This document shows, in pieces, positions 1-5,813 of a stretch of DNA of 19,439 bases (within the stretch, counting starts at the first letter, position 1; each line of letters opens with the position of its first letter). The translations under genes were made by a program, and so were the position numbers. The notes under the pieces are model-generated. The model worked only from the letters and a program-made list of their open reading frames with translations. It made no database searches and was not told the origin of the DNA. Source of the DNA: a bacterium (lineage in GTDB: Bacteria; UBP7; UBA6624; JBBIMK01); the NCBI GenBank assembly GCA_037444445.1, contig JBBIMK010000028.1, positions 7,523 to 26,961 of the forward strand. The letters run 5' to 3'.

Positions 1-55
1 ATCTGAAGTTCAGGTTGACTCGTCATAATGAAGGGCGAGTATTCTCTACTAAGCC
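1..55. repeat. Direct repeat A, copy 1 (identical to 451-505); may extend upstream of the window
   Basis: All 55 nt match 451-505 by direct comparison. The two copies diverge at nt 56 versus 506 (ctatatt versus gtgacgc). Confidence 0.95.
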
Positions 56-221
56 CTATATTCCCTGGAAACTGGTATATTCAGAGGAATATCGGACCCG
101 TGGGGAAGCCGTCCAGCGCGAGCATCAAATCAAACGGCACAAATCCCGCGAATATTTGTCCCGCCTAAAAGCGGGACTCAACCGGCAGAGTCCCGACGGA
201 ACCGTCGGGATTAACCCATAG
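1..221 (+). CDS. GIY-YIG nuclease family protein (small UPF0213/YhbQ-like type), 5'-partial at window edge; C-terminus fused into a tRNA-like repeat
   Basis: The frame is open from the window edge, with codons starting at nt 3. The translation LKFRLTRHNEGRVFSTKPYIPWKLVYSEEYRTRGEAVQREHQIKRHKSREYL matches the second half of ~90-aa GIY-YIG proteins (R..HN, Y.EE, RE.QIK motifs). The missing N-terminal half (MSYWVYILYS..YVGTT) is seen in the paralogous fragment at 384-509. The last ~15 codons (nt 177-221, NRQSPDGTVGINP*) are translated out of the tRNA-like repeat. Confidence 0.75.
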   Translation, partial: LKFRLTRHNEGRVFSTKPYIPWKLVYSEEYRTRGEAVQREHQIKRHKSREYLSRLKAGLNRQSPDGTVGINP

Positions 222-245
222 GCTGCGGGTTCGCCCCCCGCCCCC
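177..245. repeat. Direct repeat C, copy 1: partial tRNA-like copy (identical to 296-364), lacking the 5' acceptor strand and the last 3 acceptor nt plus CCA
   Basis: All 69 nt match at offset 119 by direct comparison. The flanks differ on both sides (a176 versus g295; c246 versus g365). Confidence 0.95.
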
Positions 246-263
246 CAGACACAGTTGCAATAA

Positions 264-272
264 TGGTATAAT
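264..272 (+). promoter_or_regulatory. Extended -10 promoter element (TGgTATAAT) for the tRNA-like gene
   Basis: TG at 264-265 and TATAAT at 267-272. The predicted start falls about nt 279-280, a few nt before the tRNA-like 5' end at 286. No good -35 element lies at 17-bp spacing. Confidence 0.45.
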
Positions 273-285
273 GTGAATGGTGGCT

Positions 286-371
286 TCCGGGGTAGCTCAA
301 CCGGCAGAGTCCCGACGGAACCGTCGGGATTAACCCATAGGCTGCGGGTTCGCCCCCCGCCCCCGGAGCCA
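286..371 (+). tRNA. tRNA-like gene (86 nt, encoded CCA) with a non-canonical anticodon region; isotype undeterminable
   Basis: Acceptor stem TCCGGGG (286-292) pairs with CCCCGGA (361-367). T8 and A9 are present. D arm is GCTC-AACCGGCA-GAGT, with A14, G18, G19 and A21 in place. T arm is GCGGG-TTCGCCC-CCCGC. Discriminator G368 is followed by CCA at 369-371. The 33 nt between the D and T arms (311-343) form a perfect CCCGAC-GGAACC-GTCGGG hairpin plus 15 nt. No 5bp-7nt-5bp register pairs there. Confidence 0.5.
296..364. repeat. Direct repeat C, copy 2 (inside the full tRNA-like gene)
   Basis: Identical to 177-245. Confidence 0.95.
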
Positions 372-383
372 GTTTCTGCCTCC

Positions 384-509
384 ATGTCTTATTGGGTTTA
401 CATCCTTTATTCCGAAAAATATGACCGTTATTATGTGGGAACCACCAATCATCTGAAGTTCAGGTTGACTCGTCATAATGAAGGGCGAGTATTCTCTACT
501 AAGCCGTGA
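384..509 (+). pseudogene. Truncated GIY-YIG gene copy (N-terminal 41 codons only)
   Basis: An ATG at 384 lies 12 nt after the tRNA-like CCA. The translation is MSYWVYILYSEKYDRYYVGTTNHLKFRLTRHNEGRVFSTKP*. It carries the GIY..YVG motif, but homology to copy 1 stops at nt 505 and a TGA follows immediately. The catalytic-core C-terminal half is absent. Confidence 0.7.
451..505. repeat. Direct repeat A, copy 2
   Basis: Identical to 1-55. Confidence 0.95.
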
Positions 510-548
510 CGCTGAATTTAGATATAATAGAAATGGAGAAACGAAACG

Positions 549-1532
549 ATGCCGGCTAACCTGCCACCGGAGTATTTTGAGTCGGAAAGAAGATATCGGA
601 TGGCGAAAACTCTGGAAGAGAAATTGTTAGCCTTAAAGGAAATGATTTCTCGCGTTCCGCACCATAAAGGGACGGAGAAACTGTTTGTGGACCTGAAGAA
701 ACGATTGAATAAACTTCAGGAGGAATTGAGGCGGAAGCCGAAGAAAGGAGGGTCTCCTTTCCCTGACCACATCGGGAAAGAGGGAGGCGGACAGATTGCC
801 CTCGTGGGACCTCCCAATTCCGGGAAGTCCTCGCTTCTGGCGATACTCACCCGTGCTACCCCGGTTATCGCAGAATATCCTTTCACCACCCTCCGCCCCA
901 CCGTGGGGATGATGCCGTATGAAGATATATATATTCAGTTGGTGGACTTACCACCCCTGTGGGAAGAAACAGAATCCTGGGTCTACAATCTCATACGGCA
1001 GGCGGATAGCCTCGCCGTGGTTCTCAGGCTGGATGAGCCTTCTCCGGAGGAATCCCTCCAGAATTGTATCTCCCTGTTACGGCAGGCGAAAATCCTGCTG
1101 GGAAGGGAGGAGAAAAGTGCAGTGGAGGGGTGGATTCGTCGGCAATCTATCCTCGTTCTCACTCATCTGGACATAGAAGGGGCAGGGGAAAAGGCCCGCA
1201 ATCTGGAACAGACTCTCCAGTCCAGATTCCCTGTGGTGCCCGTCTCTATCCCCTACGAGGTGAACCTGGAACTTCTGAAGCAGAAACTGTTTCAGTCCCT
1301 TTCCATCATTCGGGTGTACACGAAGAAGCCAGGCGTTCCTTTTGTGAAGGACAAGCCCTTCGTGCTTCCAGCGGGGAGCACGGTGCTGGATATGGCGTTC
1401 GCCGTGCATAATGACATCGGGCGGAACTTCCAGTTCGCCCGTCTCTGGGGTTCCGCTTCCCACGACGGCCAGAGGGTAGAGCGAACCCATATCCTGCAGG
1501 ACGCCGACATTATAGAAATTCACTCCACCTGA
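549..1532 (+). CDS. OBG/DRG (Rbg)-like P-loop GTPase with C-terminal TGS domain; divergent G3 and G4 motifs
   Basis: 327-aa ORF with GGAG 10 nt upstream of the ATG. There is an N-terminal coiled region as in DRG proteins. G1 is GPPNSGKSS and G2 is YPFTTLRP. The C-terminal TGS-like segment reads IRVYTKKPG...[20 protein letters not shown]...QRV...H.L.D.DIIEI. G3 reads DLPP (not DxxG) and the G4 position reads THLD (not NKxD). Confidence 0.8.
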   Translation: MPANLPPEYFESERRYRMAKTLEEKLLALKEMISRVPHHKGTEKLFVDLKKRLNKLQEELRRKPKKGGSPFPDHIGKEGGGQIALVGPPNSGKSSLLAILTRATPVIAEYPFTTLRPTVGMMPYEDIYIQLVDLPPLWEETESWVYNLIRQADSLAVVLRLDEPSPEESLQNCISLLRQAKILLGREEKSAVEGWIRRQSILVLTHLDIEGAGEKARNLEQTLQSRFPVVPVSIPYEVNLELLKQKLFQSLSIIRVYTKKPGVPFVKDKPFVLPAGSTVLDMAFAVHNDIGRNFQFARLWGSASHDGQRVERTHILQDADIIEIHST

Positions 1533-1637
1533 CCCCTGCAGGGTCAACCCCTATTTCCTCATTCTCTAAATCTCGTTTCCTACGCCTGTCTGACCTGGAA
1601 TCCATCCATTTCACTGGCGATTATAAACAGAGCACGC

Positions 1638-2099
1638 TCAATCAGGTTGAATTTCTTGCCTGACTTCATTCAGGATTACGAGGATTTCCTCGTAAGTTCC
1701 ATTCCCACCCATTTTGTCCCAGAACTCGTGTCCCATTAATAATGGATAGTCCATATCAATCACCCGTTTAGTGAATGAATGCCCGTATTTTTCCCTGTAA
1801 ATGTAAGGGTTATAGGGAAACGCAAGGTATCCTCCCCAATTTCTCTCACCCCTGGAGAGCATATAGGCGTAAAATGTAAGAATTTTCTTCTTTGATTCGG
1901 CACAGACATCCAGGTTGGGTAGAGGAGTTTTGACCTCGGCGAAGAAAGGGGCGCCATTCAGCCTTTCAATATACAGGTCAGCATTGAAAGGATAAAGTCG
2001 CTTCTCGGAAGATTTTTCTGATGTTTCAGCCAGCTCTCGTAGTTCAGTTTTATTCCTGCCGCCTCCAGCTTGTCAAGGAAGCCAAATATCACTGCTCAT
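1638..2099 (-). pseudogene. Disrupted PD-(D/E)XK-like nuclease gene (possibly TdeIII-type restriction-endonuclease-like); last gene of a 3-gene cassette
   Basis: The ATG at 2099-2097 overlaps the upstream stop in an ATGA arrangement. That frame hits an in-frame TGA at 2075-2073 after 8 codons, then stays open for 145 codons to the stop at 1638. An alternative start is GTG at 2092 in another frame (IFGFLDKLEAAGIKLNYESWLKHQKN). That frame needs a 1-nt shift near the A5 run (about 2013-2020) to join the long frame. The long frame contains NADLYIERLNGAPFFAEVKTPLPN, a D-x14-E-x-K nuclease-like signature. Confidence 0.5.
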
Positions 2100-2365
2100 C
2101 CGCCATATTTCTTCCTTCGCTCACACAGCCGCTTAACGTCTCGCACCGATACTAAGCCATCAGCCCGCAGGACATAGAGCGTTTCTTGGATGATTTCATC
2201 TCTGACATCACTTGTGGATAGGCCGAACTCCTTGCGCACCTTTTGCGTGAGTTGGTTAAGGTTCTCCGCTAACGCCTGCTCAGGTGTGTCACCTTCAGCG
2301 CTATCAACAAGATAGTAGGTAGGCACCTCACCCCAGCCACTAAAATAAAGAACTTCATAAACCAT
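2096..2365 (-). CDS. Hypothetical protein, 89 aa (no recognisable family)
   Basis: The ORF is preceded by GAGGAGG 11 nt upstream. Its stop overlaps the start of the downstream nuclease ORF (ATGA). The sequence is acidic with predicted helices (MVYEVLYFSGWGEVPTYYLVDSAEGDTPEQALAENLNQL...). Confidence 0.55.
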   Translation of the reverse strand: MVYEVLYFSGWGEVPTYYLVDSAEGDTPEQALAENLNQLTQKVRKEFGLSTSDVRDEIIQETLYVLRADGLVSVRDVKRLCERRKKYGG

Positions 2366-2381
2366 CTTTCATTTAACCTCC

Positions 2382-2516
2382 TCAAAGAAATTCTTTGATT
2401 CCTTCAGACCACTGTTGTTTCTCAAACGGGCGGAACAACTTTAAAAAGTTCTGCCCGCTCAGATACCTCGCGTCTCCTTCAATCACCATATCCAGAAAGC
2501 GGTTTATTTCGCTCAT
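2382..2516 (-). CDS. Hypothetical small protein, 44 aa (below the ORF-track cutoff)
   Basis: Manual translation gives MSEINRFLDMVIEGDARYLSGQNFLKLFRPFEKQQWSEGIKEFL*. It ends 16 nt before the 89-aa ORF, and its stop lies just upstream of that ORF's GAGGAGG. A TATAAT (minus strand, 2533-2528) sits 11 nt upstream of the ATG. Confidence 0.35.
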   Translation of the reverse strand: MSEINRFLDMVIEGDARYLSGQNFLKLFRPFEKQQWSEGIKEFL

Positions 2517-2528
2517 CCTTTATTTCCA

Positions 2529-2543
2529 TTATATAACATATAA
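2529..2543. promoter_or_regulatory. Inverted repeat TTATAT-AAC-ATATAA overlapping the putative -10 of the minus-strand cassette (candidate operator)
   Basis: The 6-3-6 palindrome was read directly. It overlaps the minus-strand TATAAT at 2528-2533. Confidence 0.3.
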
Positions 2544-2618
2544 CGAAAAGGATTTACGCGGGCAAGTTTTCAATGACAACTGTGTTATGATTAGGGCTGG
2601 AAGGGATAGTGAAAAGGA

Positions 2619-5606
2619 ATGGTAGGTGTGGAAGTCTTTCGGGTGTATCCCACGAGAACGGCGAGTCTTCTCGCACAGTATGAAGGGATGAAAGGGAGGG
2701 AAACCGGTACGGGAACGCTTACCGGAACTCTCTTTGATGTGGTGGAGAGGGTGCTGGATGCTTCCCTCACCCCATTGATCCGAATCTCCCACACCGCTCG
2801 TCTTTATACTACGGTAGCACTGATGGACAGGGCAGGTGTAATGGCAACTCCGCTCATTGCGGAGAGGGAAAAAGTGGGGTATGCCCGGGGCGTGCTGGAG
2901 ATTTTCAATGATTTCCAGCAGAACCGGATGAGCCCCCAGGAGGTTCATTCTCTAACGAAGAGGGTTCAGCAGGAGGGACAGAGATTTCATCGTCTCTATC
3001 GCACCTTTTCACAGATTGCCCAACTTTATGAGGACTACGACCAGGTTTTACAGAGGAAGGGGTGGATGGATGATGTGGGGGCATTGCAGGAAGCGACGGC
3101 AGCGCTCCAGCAGGGTGTTTTCTCGCCCTTCTCTTCCATTGCCCTGTGTGGTTTTTACACTTTCACGCCTGCACAGGGGGATTTTCTCGCCGCCCTGCAA
3201 GCCTCCGGCTGTGAGGTGCGCTACGAGAAGCCTCCCTACGCCCCTTCGCCCGATAGAGAGCCTACCCTCTATTCTATTCTCCAGCCATTTCTCGTCGGTG
3301 GCGGAGAACGGGTGGAACCCGAGAGAGCACAAACTCCTGGACCACTGGATTCTGCGTTCTTCCTATGCCCCACCTTGCCGGATGAAATCCGCATTGCCTC
3401 ACAGAAGATGAAACAACTCCTGCTGAAAACGGATGCCCGGCCAGAGGATTGCCTGCTGGTTTTCCGAACCTTTGAGTCAGATATTCTTTCGTTGAGCGCG
3501 GAAGATGTGCTTCACGCCCTGTCTGTTTATGGTTTGCCTATCACCTCTGCAGTTCCTTCCACCCTTCTTCAGTCGCCTTTTATTCACTTCCTTCTGACAC
3601 TCCTGAAACTGAAGAAGGAGAATTACCCGAGGAAATCTTTCATCAGCCTGCTGTGGAACCCATATATAAAAGGGCTTGTGGGCGAAATCTCACCCCGAAC
3701 CATCCAGCAGGTGGATGAGGGCAGCCTGGCTCACTCCCCGGGGAAACCCGAAATTCCAACGGCTCGTGTGAGAAGGGTGATGGGAGGCGAAGAGGAGTGG
3801 AAAGGTTTACTGAAAGATATGGACCTCTTAGACAGATTCTCCCCCCTCTTCTCCTCTCTCCATCCCTTTCAGGAGGACAACACTTTTGCCGTGTTTGCGG
3901 GGAACCTGCAGGCTGTGCTCCGACGCTTCTCCTTGCCTCTTTCTTCTGACGACCAGAAAGCCAGAGAGTTATTCCTCAGGGAACTCGCGGTAGTCGGAGA
4001 ATCGCTGGGCTCTATAAAAATCTCCCTGGATGCTTTCCTTGAAACTGTGGAAACGCTGTGCAGGCATACTCACTGGATGCCTGGTAAATTCAATCCGGCG
4101 AGCGTCATACTATGCACGGCCATGGAAGCACTGGGGGTTCGTCGTCCATTCCTCTTCCTTTGCAATCTGACGGAGAAAGGATTTCCGCTCTCCGCCCCGG
4201 AAGTGCCCATCCTTTCCTGGACCGCCCGGGAGGTGTTGAACCACCTTGCCGGGAAGCCTATTTTTCTCACCCGGGAGGTTCATCAAGAGACCGAGCGGGT
4301 GCTATTCCGAGCCTGCGTAACCTCCGCCACTCATCGGGTCCTCTTCTTCTCCCACTATTTAGAGGGGGAGGAGCCGGTTCAGCCTTCCCCCTTCCTCTCC
4401 ACTTATGCTCCTTCCTCTCTCACCTATAACGAAAAGCAAAAGACTTACAGCATCCGGGAAGTGCTACAGCCGGAACCTGAAGATGTGTATCATCCGGAAG
4501 AGTGCGCCCGCGCCCTTCTTTCCCGTAGAATTTCAGCATCTCAACTATCGGGTTTTCTTGGGGCTTACGCCCCACCTTCCCGGTGCGCTCGTCTGGAAGG
4601 TGCCCTGCGAGCGGAGCAACTTCGCTGGAGCGAAGCCTATTCCCCTTATGATGGCGTCCTGACCGACCCCTCCCTCCTCTCGCACCTTGCCCTCAGGGGT
4701 AAGGATAGGGAACATCACCTCTCTCCTACCGCTCTGGAATCCTATGGCAAATGTCCCTACCAATACTTCGCTGACAAAGTCCTCCGTCTGAAAAAATATG
4801 AGGAACCGGAGGAGGATATTTCTCCCATGGATGCAGGCGATGTCCTCCACCGAATTCTGCAGAAAACCTTTGAAAAGTTGAAACCCTTTGAGGTGAATCT
4901 CACGAAGGAAAAACTCCTGGGAGCAGGAATGCAAGCCTCGGAGGAAATCTTTATGGAAATCCAGCAATCTTCCCCTTCCCTCCCGCCTTTGTGGAGTATT
5001 TTCCAGTTCCGCGTCCTCTTATTGCTTCAACGCTACCTTCCCGCTGAATTCTTCCGATTACAGGAATGGCGATTACAGCCCATTGCCCTGGAGCAATGGC
5101 TGGAGGGGTATGTAATAAAAGGGCAAGAGCCTGATGTGTTTCTGTTGGGGAAAACCGACCGTGTAGACCTCCGGGATAACCAACTCTTCATCACGGATTA
5201 TAAAACGGGTGGACTCTCTACCCACGCTTTTGTGGATTATCGCAACCTGCAACTGGCTTTATATCTGCTCCTGGCGGTGGAAAAATGGGGAAAGCCTGCC
5301 GGAGGCGGCGCCTATGTGTCTCTCACGAAGCCCGGCACCACCGTGCCCGGAATGCCACCAGAAAATGTCGCCAGGGATTTAATGGATGCTCAGGAACTCA
5401 CCCACTTCTATGTGTCTGGCATCCGCAGGGGAATGTTTCCTCCCCTCCCCGGCAACCATAAGGAAGAGAAAGAGGTCATATTAAAGAAAGAGTCCTCGCC
5501 AGGCGGCGATTGCTCCTACTGCCCTTATCTCTCCCTCTGCCGAATCGCCAGCCTCCAGGGAAGCCGTAAAATCAACCCCCTCCGGTTTGGAGACCTCAGG
5601 ATTTGA
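2619..5606 (+). CDS. AddB/RexB-like PD-(D/E)XK (RecB-family) nuclease with Fe-S cluster cysteines; N-terminal P-loop segment apparently missing
   Basis: 995-aa ORF. The C-terminal nuclease domain shows SPTALESYGKCPYQYFADKVL, GKTDRVDL...FITDYKTG and LQLALYLL, and ends with CSYCPYLSLC. One upstream Cys plus CxxCx5C is the AddB-type 4Fe-4S ligand pattern. The N-terminal part resembles an inactivated UvrD-like helicase scaffold. No GxxGxGKT motif is present, and a stop codon lies 2 codons upstream of the ATG. Confidence 0.75.
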   Translation: MVGVEVFRVYPTRTASLLAQYEGMKGRETGTGTLTGTLFDVVERVLDASLTPLIRISHTARLYTTVALMDRAGVMATPLIAEREKVGYARGVLEIFNDFQQNRMSPQEVHSLTKRVQQEGQRFHRLYRTFSQIAQLYEDYDQVLQRKGWMDDVGALQEATAALQQGVFSPFSSIALCGFYTFTPAQGDFLAALQASGCEVRYEKPPYAPSPDREPTLYSILQPFLVGGGERVEPERAQTPGPLDSAFFLCPTLPDEIRIASQKMKQLLLKTDARPEDCLLVFRTFESDILSLSAEDVLHALSVYGLPITSAVPSTLLQSPFIHFLLTLLKLKKENYPRKSFISLLWNPYIKGLVGEISPRTIQQVDEGSLAHSPGKPEIPTARVRRVMGGEEEWKGLLKDMDLLDRFSPLFSSLHPFQEDNTFAVFAGNLQAVLRRFSLPLSSDDQKARELFLRELAVVGESLGSIKISLDAFLETVETLCRHTHWMPGKFNPASVILCTAMEALGVRRPFLFLCNLTEKGFPLSAPEVPILSWTAREVLNHLAGKPIFLTREVHQETERVLFRACVTSATHRVLFFSHYLEGEEPVQPSPFLSTYAPSSLTYNEKQKTYSIREVLQPEPEDVYHPEECARALLSRRISASQLSGFLGAYAPPSRCARLEGALRAEQLRWSEAYSPYDGVLTDPSLLSHLALRGKDREHHLSPTALESYGKCPYQYFADKVLRLKKYEEPEEDISPMDAGDVLHRILQKTFEKLKPFEVNLTKEKLLGAGMQASEEIFMEIQQSSPSLPPLWSIFQFRVLLLLQRYLPAEFFRLQEWRLQPIALEQWLEGYVIKGQEPDVFLLGKTDRVDLRDNQLFITDYKTGGLSTHAFVDYRNLQLALYLLLAVEKWGKPAGGGAYVSLTKPGTTVPGMPPENVARDLMDAQELTHFYVSGIRRGMFPPLPGNHKEEKEVILKKESSPGGDCSYCPYLSLCRIASLQGSRKINPLRFGDLRI

Positions 5607-5772
5607 GATGGAACATTTACGATTATAGAAAAGAAAGTGTAGATGGGTCCCGTAATAGTCAGGACTTCACAAAAATTGATTCATCAGTGCTTCTACGGGC
5701 AGAAAATATTCACTCTGGAAGTCAAGGACAGGATGATTCGTCCCTCGCACGGGTGAAATTGCGGTGTTACCG

Positions 5773-5807
5773 GAAGGAAAAAGCAGAATACCCATCCTTT
5801 TGCCTTC
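5773..5807. terminator. Hairpin between the convergent AddB-like and GNAT genes (possible bidirectional terminator)
   Basis: GAAGGAAAAAG (5773-5783) pairs with CTTTTGCCTTC (5797-5807). The stem is 11 bp with one mismatch and a 13-nt loop. It starts 7 nt past the GNAT stop. The arms are T/A-rich, but there is no clean U-tract. Confidence 0.35.
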
Positions 5808-5813
5808 ACGCAC

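Noticed and set aside
311-343. Attempt to assign an anticodon or isotype, or a class II variable arm or Sec-type fold, to the tRNA-like gene
   Set aside because: No 5-7-5 register pairs in this stretch. The 15 nt after the hairpin cannot form a variable-arm stem. No TCA anticodon context is present. I therefore leave the isotype undetermined rather than guess.
125-385. 86-aa minus-strand ORF
   Set aside because: It is antisense to the GIY-YIG 3' end and to both tRNA-like copies. It is Gly/Pro-rich and low-complexity because of the GC-rich repeats. It has no RBS.
273-509. 78-aa ORF-track entry spanning the tRNA-like gene and the GIY-YIG fragment
   Set aside because: Its first 37 codons are simply a translation of the tRNA-like gene (RVPTEPSGLTH...). 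Only the part from ATG 384 has GIY-YIG similarity.
1530-1546. Hairpin TGACCC-ctgca-GGGTCA over the GTPase stop codon, considered as a terminator
   Set aside because: The stem is only 6 bp and is followed by ACCCCTATTTCC rather than a U-tract. That is too weak to call.
1760-1957. 65-aa minus-strand ORF (MAPLSSPRSKLL...)
   Set aside because: It is an out-of-frame overlap of the nuclease reading frame. Its composition is not protein-like.
2073-2075. TGA recoding (Trp, Gly or Sec) as an explanation for the in-frame stop in the nuclease gene
   Set aside because: The GTPase, orf89, the AddB-like gene and the GNAT gene all terminate at TGA. No SECIS-like context was evident.
2395-2625. 76-aa plus-strand ORF, considered as a possible missing N-terminus of the AddB-like gene
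   Set aside because: It has no P-loop or AddB-like residues. It is antisense to orf44 and the promoter region and lies in a different frame from the 2619 ORF.
2529-2948. 139-aa minus-strand ORF, and other long antisense ORFs inside the AddB-like gene (3048-3332, 4070-4270, 4545-4967)
   Set aside because: They are fully embedded antisense to a long ORF that carries clear domain signatures. They have no RBS and show biased composition.
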